Of a DNA stretch of 64,000 bases, positions 28,076-36,740 are shown one piece after another. The stretch covers positions 2,187 through 66,186 of the forward strand of contig DATKEV010000171.1 of the NCBI GenBank assembly GCA_035511855.1, in the 5' to 3' direction. The number at the start of each line of letters is the position of its first letter. Position 1 is the first letter of the stretch. The stretch comes from Candidatus Udaeobacter sp. Its GTDB lineage: Bacteria > Acidobacteriota > Terriglobia > Acidiferrales > UBA7541. The notes under the pieces were generated by a model. That model was given only the letters and a program-made list of their open reading frames with translations. It did not search any database and had not been told where the DNA came from. Made by a program: the position numbers and the translations under genes.

Positions 28076-28769
28076 CGGCATTCAGAAAAAGGAAATGCCG
28101 GGCAAGCCGCGTTTGACGAGGGAGCAAATCGCACAGCGCGCTGCGCTGGAATTGCCGGACGGCGCGTATGTGAATCTCGGATGGGGAATCCCAAATCTAA
28201 TTGCGAACTACTTGCCGCAGGGCATCACCGTGTATTTTCACAGCGAAAATGGAATTTTGGGAATGGGTCGACGCGCGCGCGCGGGCGAAGAGGATTTCGA
28301 CCAGGTGGACGCGATGAAGGTCCCGGTAACACTGAATCCGGGAGCATCTTTTTTTCATCAAGCTGACGCCCATTTGATGACGCGCGGCGGGCATTTGGAC
28401 GTTGCGGTGCTTGGTGGCTTTCAAGTATCTGAAAAAGGTGATCTCGCGAACTGGAAGATTCCTGGAGCCAAGGGTTCCGGTGGGATCGGCGGCGCGATGG
28501 ACATTGCCGCGGGCGCGAAAACCTTGATTGTTTGCATGGAGCACACCACCAAAGAAGGCGCGCCGAAAATCGTAAAGCAGTGCACCTATCCGCTGACCGG
28601 ATTGGTCTGCGTCGATACCATCGTCACCGACCTCGCGGTGATTGACGTAAAGCCGGAAGGATTGGTCCTGCGGGAAGCCGCACCCCGATGGACGTCCGAA
28701 GAAGTGCAAAAGCTGACCGGCGTGCCGTTAATCGCGAAAGGCCGTGTTCCCGAAATGAGTTTCGTCTGA
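28065..28769 (+). CDS. scoB: 3-oxoacid CoA-transferase subunit B
   Basis: FHSENGILGMG (catalytic Glu motif) and GGAMD. Overlaps scoA by 11 nt. Confidence 0.85.
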   Translation: MTANGIQKKEMPGKPRLTREQIAQRAALELPDGAYVNLGWGIPNLIANYLPQGITVYFHSENGILGMGRRARAGEEDFDQVDAMKVPVTLNPGASFFHQADAHLMTRGGHLDVAVLGGFQVSEKGDLANWKIPGAKGSGGIGGAMDIAAGAKTLIVCMEHTTKEGAPKIVKQCTYPLTGLVCVDTIVTDLAVIDVKPEGLVLREAAPRWTSEEVQKLTGVPLIAKGRVPEMSFV

Positions 28770-28787
28770 TTTCGCAGGAGGAATGAA

Positions 28788-29186
28788 ATGAGCCAGGTGA
28801 TTCCGGAAAACTATGCGGATTTGTTGGACAAGCCGGCGTTTGGAAATTTGGGAACGTTGATGAAGGATGGCAGCCCGCAAGTAACGCCCGTATGGGTGGA
28901 CTACGATGGTAAGCACGTTCGAATCAACTCGGCAAAGGGTCGTGTGAAGGACAAAAATATTCGCCGTGATCCCCGTGTCTCGATTGCGCTGCAGGATCCG
29001 GCCAACCCCTACCGTTATCTGGAAATTCGCGGCCGCGTCATCGAAATCACCGAAAACGGCGCTGACGATCACATCGACAAACTGTCGCAAAAATATCTGG
29101 GCAAGCCCATCTATCCATTCCGGCGGCCTGGCGAAGTCCGCGTGCTCTACAAGATCGAACCCGAGAAAGTCAGCTCAATGGGCTAA
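28788..29186 (+). CDS. PPOX-class (pyridoxamine 5'-phosphate oxidase-fold) protein, probably F420-dependent type
   Basis: 132 aa. FGNLGTLMKDGSPQVTPVWVDYDGKHVRINSAKGRVKDKNIRRDPRVSIAL...YLEIRGRV resembles the small PPOX-class F420-dependent group. Confidence 0.65.
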   Translation: MSQVIPENYADLLDKPAFGNLGTLMKDGSPQVTPVWVDYDGKHVRINSAKGRVKDKNIRRDPRVSIALQDPANPYRYLEIRGRVIEITENGADDHIDKLSQKYLGKPIYPFRRPGEVRVLYKIEPEKVSSMG

Positions 29187-29262
29187 CGCTGCGAGCAACA
29201 CTCCAGGTCCGCGCGCCGGAGGGCAATCTGTAACTGATCAGTGAGAACTGGCAACTTCAGGC

Positions 29263-29889
29263 TCATAGCCTGGCCGCGACCCGCGCCGCGATGCGGCTGT
29301 CGGGCGTCCGCAAGATCAGCACAAGACTGTCGGTGAGTGGAACTCCGGCGCTGGGGACCTCCCATTCCCACGACCATTCGAATCGTTTGGGTAGTTCCGC
29401 TGCAAGGGCCTTGGCGTAGGGAACGACCACCTCCACCGACGAAGAAATTTCCTTGCTGTCATTAATCGGCCGCAAATCCACGCCTCTCTTCCAGTACAAG
29501 GAAAGCTGCATGGTGCGCATCATTTCGCGCGTCAAATAGATGCGCGTTCCCTCCTGCCGGTATCCAGGATCGCACGGCTGATCGCGAATGACGAACGAGA
29601 GATAGAGTTTGTCAGGGAACTGCGTGACGGTTTCCGCGCCGCGGCGGAAAGTAGCGCCACGGACATTTTCTGCTCGCTTTAGATTTTCGAAGAAGCCCGG
29701 CGCATCAACCCTGCCGGCCACGCGGAAGCACGCGCCATTCGCGAGCGATCCATCGGTTACGAAGGCGACCCCGCCGGCGTAATACACGGCGTTCTTGTCA
29801 TGGGACGGCTGCGAAAGGGAAGCAGCGGGCAAATTTGTAAGCAGAAATGGAAATGCGAAACAAGCCATCCTGGAAAGTGAGGTGCGCAT
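29263..29889 (-). CDS. secreted hypothetical protein
   Basis: Signal peptide and no recognisable motif. Last gene of the minus-strand array. Confidence 0.5.
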   Translation of the reverse strand: MRTSLSRMACFAFPFLLTNLPAASLSQPSHDKNAVYYAGGVAFVTDGSLANGACFRVAGRVDAPGFFENLKRAENVRGATFRRGAETVTQFPDKLYLSFVIRDQPCDPGYRQEGTRIYLTREMMRTMQLSLYWKRGVDLRPINDSKEISSSVEVVVPYAKALAAELPKRFEWSWEWEVPSAGVPLTDSLVLILRTPDSRIAARVAARL

Positions 29890-29919
29890 GAAAATTTCTC
29901 TTCGAGAAAACTTTACGGC

Positions 29920-30942
29920 CTACGGCGCGGCTAACAAGAAAGAGAAGCGACCGAGTGTGTGAATCGCTTTGCCTTTGCCCGCGGGCTTGAAGTCTCCCTG
30001 GCCGGAGCGCACTGCTTCGATCGCGCCGACGAGTTCTGAGAGGACCGACGGCTGCGCGACGGGAATGTTGTGTGCGCCCAGAACAACCTTTACATCCGGA
30101 GCCAGCAAGGCTAGCCGCTTCACGGAAGCAACATAGGCATCGAGATTGGTTTCCGGGCGATAAAGCCAGATGGGAGCCGGGTAGTACGTGTCACCCGTGA
30201 AAAGCAGTCCATTTTCACGGTCCAGCAGCGAAATCGCATCCGGCGTGTGACCGGGCGTGGAAATGACTTCCAGCGTGCGGCCGCCAAGATTGACCTTGAA
30301 GCCGTCGTGGATGAAGTGCGAGATTTTCCACGGCTTCGTGGAGTAAGTTTTCGGATCGAATCCCTTGGGCAAATCGCCGCACAGTTGGTCCGGCGTGATC
30401 TCCGCCTGCGCGTCTTCTCGCGATCCCCGTGCGTTAGTCCGCGTGAAATCAGTGTCCATGCCGTAGACGAAAGCGAACTGCCAATTGCCGCCCACGTGAT
30501 CGTCGTGCGTATGCGAGTTGAGTACGACAACGGGGCGCGACGTCAACCGCGTGATAATTTTGCGAATGTCCCCGATCCCCATTCCGGTGTCAAAGAGAAC
30601 CGCTTGTTTGTGGCCGACGATGAGATAAGAGATAGTTTCTTCCGCCTGATGCGGTTCGTACATGGCGAAGACTCCCGCCGCGACTTTGTAGACTTCGAAC
30701 CACGATTCGTTGGGCAACACGCGCTCGAGCGATTTGTATTCAGGGCGCGGCAGCGGGCGGCACCATTCGGGTTTCTCGGTTTGTGGCAAAGGCCGAGCCC
30801 GACCTGCCCAGTCAGGCGAAAGGAAAGAAAGACTTAAAGCAGAGGACAGAGAGACCGGAGGGAAGAGGGCACGGAGAAGCCGAGGCCCGGCGAGGGTCGC
30901 TGCCGCTAATGATATTCCGAGAATGAAGGAAGTAGTTTTCAT
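29920..30942 (-). CDS. secreted MBL-fold metallo-hydrolase
   Basis: Signal peptide, HTHDDHVGG (HxHxDH), later TPGHTPD. Confidence 0.8.
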   Translation of the reverse strand: MKTTSFILGISLAAATLAGPRLLRALFPPVSLSSALSLSFLSPDWAGRARPLPQTEKPEWCRPLPRPEYKSLERVLPNESWFEVYKVAAGVFAMYEPHQAEETISYLIVGHKQAVLFDTGMGIGDIRKIITRLTSRPVVVLNSHTHDDHVGGNWQFAFVYGMDTDFTRTNARGSREDAQAEITPDQLCGDLPKGFDPKTYSTKPWKISHFIHDGFKVNLGGRTLEVISTPGHTPDAISLLDRENGLLFTGDTYYPAPIWLYRPETNLDAYVASVKRLALLAPDVKVVLGAHNIPVAQPSVLSELVGAIEAVRSGQGDFKPAGKGKAIHTLGRFSFLLAAP

Positions 30943-31979
30943 CTGGAAGAAGAAACGAAGATGGATTTGGGAATCATCATGTGCACGCCTTTGTTGCCAT
31001 CGACGAGCTCGGTGATGTGGAGATCGGCAGCGACGCTCGAGAGCATGTAAGCGTCGTCGCGCGCGAGATGTTTTTCGGTCATCAGGAAATCGATCATCTC
31101 ACGCACGGCCAGCTTTGTCGCTTCGTTCAAATCTTCATGCAGGCCCATCGTTATGAAATGAGTAGGAGTCTCGGCGCGGGGCCAGCGGAGATGCATGTCT
31201 TTGCGCACGACGAATTGAAACGTGCCGATGAGCGAGGTTTCGAGCGCGGTGATGTCCACTTCACCGTCGCCTTGCCCCACGTGGCCGTCGCCAACTTCAA
31301 AGAGCGCGCCGGCTGCATGAACGGGAATGTACAGCGTCGTTCCCGCGACCAAATCTTTGTTGTCCAGATTGCCTGCTTGAATCCACGGCGGATTGCTGCT
31401 GAGGCGGCCGGAAGTTTCTGGCGGCGCGACGCCCATGCTGCCGAAAAAAGGGTGCAGCGGAATCTCGATGCCCGGAGCGAAGTGCCCAATCATGCGCTTC
31501 TCGTCGAGCGGAATGATTTTCATTTTCGGGTACGGAAAATCTTCCGGTAGAAAACCCCGGCCGGGGCCAAACGCGTTGTACGCATAGGGAATCGCCAGCC
31601 TCGCCGCGAGGATTCGTACTTCAAGCACATCGCCGACTTCTGCGCCTTCGATGTAAATCGGTCCTGTAAGAATGTGTGCACCCGGGCCCTTGTCCCTCAC
31701 TTGGTCGGTGATGTCACGAAGCGATTGCTCGACCTGCTCGGCGGGCACACCGGCATCCTCGAGCCGCTTCGGGCTGGAGGTAATCAGCGTCTGGATTTCC
31801 ACCGTGTCGCCCGATTTAACGCTCAGCACCGGCGGTGTTTTCGCATCGTAGTAGCCCCACGTCACGGTCTTCGGCGTTGGCTTCAGCGTATAAGTGGCAG
31901 TAGCTCCATTTTGTTTTGCCACAATGAGAGAAACACAGAGCAAGGAACTCAAACCCGCAAGGACAATCCGATGTGTCAT
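30939..31979 (-). CDS. acetamidase/formamidase-family amidase (secreted)
   Basis: Full-length FmdA/AmdA-like sequence (GPIYIEGAEVGDVLEV, GNLDNKDL, GDGHVGQGDGEV). 4-nt overlap with the downstream MBL gene. Confidence 0.8.
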   Translation of the reverse strand: MTHRIVLAGLSSLLCVSLIVAKQNGATATYTLKPTPKTVTWGYYDAKTPPVLSVKSGDTVEIQTLITSSPKRLEDAGVPAEQVEQSLRDITDQVRDKGPGAHILTGPIYIEGAEVGDVLEVRILAARLAIPYAYNAFGPGRGFLPEDFPYPKMKIIPLDEKRMIGHFAPGIEIPLHPFFGSMGVAPPETSGRLSSNPPWIQAGNLDNKDLVAGTTLYIPVHAAGALFEVGDGHVGQGDGEVDITALETSLIGTFQFVVRKDMHLRWPRAETPTHFITMGLHEDLNEATKLAVREMIDFLMTEKHLARDDAYMLSSVAADLHITELVDGNKGVHMMIPKSIFVSSSR

Positions 31980-32048
31980 TGGTACTCCCGACTTCGGAAG
32001 ACAAGCAACCGTAAGAAGATGTATTTCGGTGTAGTCCGTGCCACCAAA

Positions 32049-34433
32049 TCACTCGCCGTAGGGGACCCAAATATTTTTGACCTGGACCGCATGGTCGAGA
32101 TACCAGCGGCCTTCTCCTTGCCTTACATCAAACCAGTCAATGGCGCGGCCTTCGTTGGTAAACACCTGTTTCAGATTTCCAACCGACAAACTTTTCACGG
32201 CTGCTGCGCTGGCCTCGTCGGTGAAGCTCCAGACGCCGTCGACGTCGTCGTGCTCGGCGAGCGTTTTCACGAGCTCCCTGGCACGGCCGGTGACGATATT
32301 CACAACACCGTCAGGCAGGTCGCTCGTCTCGAAAATCTGATAAAGGTCGCTGGTGATCAGTGGATACTTTTCGGATGGAATGGCGATAACTGTGTTACCC
32401 ACTGATATGGCGGGCATCACCAGCGAGAAAAATCCGAGCAACGGGGTATCAGCCGGACAAACGATACCCACCGTGCCGACAGGCTCTTTCATGGCCAGTG
32501 CCACGTTACGGAACGGTGGATTGTGTACCGCGCCCTCGTATTTATCTGTCCAGGCTGCGTAGGAAAAAATGCGTTCGGCGCTCAGACTCACTTCTGCTTC
32601 CGCTTGTTTCTTTCCGACGATGGCCGCGAGGCGCGCCGCAATTTCGTCGCTGCGTTGCGAGAGATTTTCCGCGATATAGAAAAGAACCTGCGCACGATTG
32701 TGCGCGGTGGCCTTGCCCCAAGTTTCAGCTTTGCGCGCCGCTTCGACGGCGTTGCGAATGTCTTTGCGATTACCCAGCGGCGCTTCACCAAGCAGGCGTC
32801 CATCCGCGCCGCGCACTTCGATGCTGTACCCGGAGTCCGGCCGAGCCTGCTTGCCGCCAATGTAGAGTTTAACGGTGCGATCGATAGGGGGAGCGGCAAA
32901 ATCAACGGACTTGTCCAGCGGTTGATCAATCGCAAGTGGCGTAGCGCGAACGGGCGGCGCTTGTTTGAACCACACAGGTTCGAGATATTCGAGCAAACCT
33001 TCGCGGCCGCCTTCGCGGCCGTAGCCGCTCTCGCGATAGCCGCCGAAGCCGCAGGCGGCGTCAAAGAGATTCGTGCAGTTCACCCAGACAACGCCGGCTT
33101 TCAGCTGCGCGGCCACGTGCAGAGAAACATTGACGCTTTCACTCCAAACGCAAGCGGCCAGGCCGTAGACGGTGTTGTTGGCGAGTTCGACGGCTTCGCG
33201 CGGCGTGCGAAATGTCATTGCGGCCAGAACCGGGCCAAAGATTTCCTGTTGGGCAACGACGGAACTCGGATGAACGTTGCTCAGCAAAGTCGGCGGGAAG
33301 TATAAACCGCGCGTCGGTAGCGGAATCGACGGCTGCCAGCAGGTCGCGCCTTCGGCCACGCCCTGATCGACCATGCGCTGGATGCGCTCCAGCTGCACGC
33401 GAGCGACGATCGCGCCGATGTCAATGGCCTTATCGAGCGGCGGGCCGATGCGTAGCGTGTTCATGCGGTCCTGGATTTTGCGGATCAATTTCTCGGCGAT
33501 GCTCTCCTGCATCAACAAGCGCGAGCCCGCGCAGCAAACCTGGCCCTGGTTGAACCAGATGCCGTCAACGAGGCCTTCCACCGCGCTGTCCAGATCCGCA
33601 TCCTCAAAAATGATAAAGGGGGACTTGCCGCCGAGCTCAAGAGAGAGTTTCTTGTGGCTTGGCGCCGTGGCCTTTCGAATGGCACGCCCGACTTCTGTCG
33701 AACCCGTGAACGCAATCTTGTCGACATCGGGATGCTTGACCAGGGCTTCGCCCGTTGAACCGTCACCCGTGACAATGTTCACGACGCCGACAGGAAGCCC
33801 GACCTCCTGGCAAAGGTGTGCGAACGCGAGTGCCGTCAGCGGTGTGAATTCCGCCGGCTTCAGGACGACCGTGTTGCCTGTTGCGAGTGCGGGTGCAATT
33901 TTCCAGGCCAGCATGAGCAGGGGAAAATTCCACGGAATGATCTGACCGACTACGCCGCAGGCGGTGTAGTAAGGGAATTCCTGCTCGAACAACTGGGCCC
34001 AGCCCGCGTGATGATAAAAATGTCGCGCCACCAGGGGGATATCGATGTCTCGGCTCTCGCGGATGGGTTTGCCGTTATCTAGCGTTTCGAGAACGGCGAG
34101 CCAGCGCGAATGCTTCTGTACCTGGCGCGCCAACGCGTAGAGGTAACGTGCGCGCGCATGAGGAGTCAAAGCTTGCCATGCGGGCAACGCAGCCCGCGCA
34201 GCTTTCACCGCCGAGTCAACGTCTGCCGCCGATCCCTGCGCCACGGTCGCGAGTTTTTCGCCGGTGGAAGGATCGCTTGTATCAAAGGTTCCGCCCGAAA
34301 GGGGCGATCGCCAATCGCCGTTGATGAAGTGACCGAAGCGCCGGCCGTGCCGATCCAGCCAGGCAAGAGCTTCCTGCGGATCCTCGGGCGCGGGGCCGTA
34401 CTCCATGGTCATGAATTTTTCGACGATGCTCAT
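32049..34433 (-). CDS. two-domain aldehyde dehydrogenase (complete ALDH plus C-terminal partial ALDH-like domain)
   Basis: aa 1-500 is a complete ALDH (FTGSTEVG, LELGGKSP, QGQVCCAGSRLL). aa 520-794 repeats an ALDH-like NAD-binding region (KEPVGTVGIVCP..., VNIVTG) but shows no ELGGK or catalytic-Cys motif. Confidence 0.85.
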   Translation of the reverse strand: MSIVEKFMTMEYGPAPEDPQEALAWLDRHGRRFGHFINGDWRSPLSGGTFDTSDPSTGEKLATVAQGSAADVDSAVKAARAALPAWQALTPHARARYLYALARQVQKHSRWLAVLETLDNGKPIRESRDIDIPLVARHFYHHAGWAQLFEQEFPYYTACGVVGQIIPWNFPLLMLAWKIAPALATGNTVVLKPAEFTPLTALAFAHLCQEVGLPVGVVNIVTGDGSTGEALVKHPDVDKIAFTGSTEVGRAIRKATAPSHKKLSLELGGKSPFIIFEDADLDSAVEGLVDGIWFNQGQVCCAGSRLLMQESIAEKLIRKIQDRMNTLRIGPPLDKAIDIGAIVARVQLERIQRMVDQGVAEGATCWQPSIPLPTRGLYFPPTLLSNVHPSSVVAQQEIFGPVLAAMTFRTPREAVELANNTVYGLAACVWSESVNVSLHVAAQLKAGVVWVNCTNLFDAACGFGGYRESGYGREGGREGLLEYLEPVWFKQAPPVRATPLAIDQPLDKSVDFAAPPIDRTVKLYIGGKQARPDSGYSIEVRGADGRLLGEAPLGNRKDIRNAVEAARKAETWGKATAHNRAQVLFYIAENLSQRSDEIAARLAAIVGKKQAEAEVSLSAERIFSYAAWTDKYEGAVHNPPFRNVALAMKEPVGTVGIVCPADTPLLGFFSLVMPAISVGNTVIAIPSEKYPLITSDLYQIFETSDLPDGVVNIVTGRARELVKTLAEHDDVDGVWSFTDEASAAAVKSLSVGNLKQVFTNEGRAIDWFDVRQGEGRWYLDHAVQVKNIWVPYGE

Positions 34434-34478
34434 TCGGTTCTTCCCGATCCGTTCTTTGTCGGTAAGCCAACTCCCAAC

Positions 34479-35540
34479 TTATGCTATGGGGTGGCGGTAA
34501 TCGGCCGAATATCTTCCGGTGGCGTGATGCTCAAGTTGCCGTTCTATGTCTGCGAGCATGCTACTTGCGCCGAACCGGAACAATTCCGCTTTCATCCAAG
34601 AACTGCCCAGCTCCTCCTTCATCAACGCCAGCCAATCGAGCGACTGCTTCGCCGTTCGAATGCCGCCGGCAGGCTTGAACCCCACAGCCATGCCCGTTTC
34701 CTGCGCGTATTCGCGGACCGCCCGCGTCATGACTAGGCTCACGGGCAGCGTCGCGTTGACGGGCTCCTTGCCGGTCGATGTCTTGATGAAGTCGGCGCCG
34801 GCCATCATGGCGACAAAGCTGGCGCGCGCCACATTGCGCAGCGTTAGCAAGTCGCCGGCGCCCAGAATCACTTTTAAGTGTGCGGGGCCGCAGGCTTTCT
34901 TGAATGTGGCGATTTCGTGGTAGAGCGCCTGCCAGTTTGCGCCGAAGACATGCGCGCGAGTGATGACCACATCAATTTCATCCGCACCTGCCTCGACCGA
35001 GTGGCGAATTTCGGCCACCCGCTCAGGGAGAGGAGACAGCCCAGCGGGGAATCCCGTAGAGACGGCCGCCACGTGAATTCCCGTTCCTTCGATGGCCCGC
35101 CGCGCGGTCTCCACAAACCTGTGATAAACGCAGACGGCGGCAACCTTGATAGCTAGGCTTTCGATGCCGAGTTTTTGCACAAGCTCTTGTTGAATGGGCT
35201 GGCGCGCCTTTGCACACAGGCGGCGAACGCGCTCGTCAGTGTCGTCGCCCGAAAGCGTCGTGAGGTCCATGCACGTGATGGCCCGCAAGAGCCACGCCGC
35301 CTGCCACTCTTTCTTCACCGTGCGGCGCGTAGAGATGGTTTGCGCGCGTCGCTCGACCGCGCTGGTGTTTACGCGAACGTCATTCACCCAATCCAGGTTC
35401 AGCGGAATGCCGCTGTTCGGCTGGAGATCACGTCCGGCGTAGTTCGCGATGGCCGTGTCAGCAGGAGATATGGCCGCTGGTTGGGAATCGCAACCCGGGT
35501 TAGTCCGGTTCTTGATCTGTGAATAGTCGCGCTGATTCAT
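34479..35540 (-). CDS. deoC: deoxyribose-phosphate aldolase, long form
   Basis: ITCMDLTTLSGDDT, VAAVCVYH, and the Schiff-base Lys context DFIKTSTGKE. Confidence 0.8.
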   Translation of the reverse strand: MNQRDYSQIKNRTNPGCDSQPAAISPADTAIANYAGRDLQPNSGIPLNLDWVNDVRVNTSAVERRAQTISTRRTVKKEWQAAWLLRAITCMDLTTLSGDDTDERVRRLCAKARQPIQQELVQKLGIESLAIKVAAVCVYHRFVETARRAIEGTGIHVAAVSTGFPAGLSPLPERVAEIRHSVEAGADEIDVVITRAHVFGANWQALYHEIATFKKACGPAHLKVILGAGDLLTLRNVARASFVAMMAGADFIKTSTGKEPVNATLPVSLVMTRAVREYAQETGMAVGFKPAGGIRTAKQSLDWLALMKEELGSSWMKAELFRFGASSMLADIERQLEHHATGRYSADYRHPIA

Positions 35541-35654
35541 TTGAATTTTCGCCGCACTCTGAAGACTGATCCGTAGACTCCCATCTTATCACCTTGAGAA
35601 ACGCGGTTCACAGGTGTGTGCCGCGATTGTGCGACTCTTCTCAAAATTCCGCCC

Positions 35655-35677
35655 GGGCGCAAAAGAAATTTTGCCCC
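35655..35677 (-). terminator. hairpin after the proline dehydrogenase gene
   Basis: On the minus strand GGGGCAAAA-TTTC-TTTTGCGCCC (6 perfect bp plus 3 after a 1-nt bulge), 12 nt after the stop. The U-tract is weak. Confidence 0.3.
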
Positions 35678-35688
35678 TGGGAGGAAAT

Positions 35689-36618
35689 CTACGACGCCAA
35701 CACGTTTCGGAGCATGAACCAGAGATTCGCCGGACGTTCCGCGAGGCGCCGCACAAACCAGGGATACCAGTAGCTGCCATAAGCAACCAGGACGATAGAA
35801 GTACAGCCCTCCCTTGCGAGACGCTCCTGCTCGGCTCGCTGGATACCATAGAGCATCTGCACTTCAAAATCCGCTTTGGAAAATCCTTCGCCCGAAGCAA
35901 ATTCAGAGAGTCGCCGAATCAGCGCCACATCATGTGTAGCGAAGGCCACGCGGATGCAGCCTCCCTCCTTTTTCGCGCGCAGCATCTCTTGTGCCAGGGC
36001 AAAATAATTCTCATCCACGACTTGTTTCCGCGGATAAGCGACCACGGGAGACTCATGGTAAGCGCCTTTGACAAGCCGTATCGAAGGGCGCAGGGAGAAA
36101 AGCCGCGCGAGATCATCCTTCGTCCGGTAAAGATAAGCCTGAAGACACAAGCCGACGTTGGGATACACTTGCAGCGCGCGCCGATAGATATCGAGCGTCG
36201 CGTCCACGTAGTTGCTGGCTTCCATGTCCACCCAGACGATGGCAGTTTTCTCGGCGCGCTCGATGATGGACTTCAAATTCTCGAAGCAGAAATCTGCCGC
36301 CAGATCCAGACCGAGTTGCGTCAGTTTTACCGAAACTTCCGCTCTCAGGCCGCTCTGCCGAATGCGATCCAAAATCTGGATGTAGTGCTTAGTAACCTGC
36401 TGCGCCTCGGTACGATCGGCGATATTTTCGCCCAAATGGGTGAAAACCGTTCTGATCTTTTTCGTTTGCAATATCTGTGCGGCCGCCAGAGCGTCATCCA
36501 ATGTTTCTCCCGGCATGAACCGCGAAACAGTCCGGCGAACAAACCGGTAATGCGAGGCGCGCTCCCGCAGCCACTTATTTTGCGACGCCGCCAGCAGCAT
36601 CGTCCGCATGAAACTCAT
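35689..36618 (-). CDS. proline dehydrogenase-family flavoenzyme
   Basis: MSFMRTMLLAASQNKWLRE...RFMPGETLDDALAAAQILQTKKIRTVFTHLGENI is a typical monofunctional PRODH N-terminus. The long + strand ORF 35614..36684 is its shadow. Confidence 0.8.
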   Translation of the reverse strand: MSFMRTMLLAASQNKWLRERASHYRFVRRTVSRFMPGETLDDALAAAQILQTKKIRTVFTHLGENIADRTEAQQVTKHYIQILDRIRQSGLRAEVSVKLTQLGLDLAADFCFENLKSIIERAEKTAIVWVDMEASNYVDATLDIYRRALQVYPNVGLCLQAYLYRTKDDLARLFSLRPSIRLVKGAYHESPVVAYPRKQVVDENYFALAQEMLRAKKEGGCIRVAFATHDVALIRRLSEFASGEGFSKADFEVQMLYGIQRAEQERLAREGCTSIVLVAYGSYWYPWFVRRLAERPANLWFMLRNVLAS

Positions 36619-36740
36619 TCTCGAATTGCTCCCTTGCCCCGAATTGCCTCGGTGTCGACTTCCGGCACAAGGTACACATTCTAGACTAGATTTCATGGCG
36701 AGGTGTTCAACTGAAAGGCTCGGGGGGCAGGCTTTCGAAA

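Noticed and set aside
35614-36684. 356-aa + strand ORF opposite the proline dehydrogenase gene. Similar long shadow ORFs occur at 11612..12637, 27416..28081, 10685..11332, 25542..26327, 38011..38904, 48976..49872 and 59358..60197.
   Set aside because: Each lies entirely antisense or out of frame to a gene with strong family motifs. They have no motifs of their own and show stop-codon-poor GC-rich frame artefacts.
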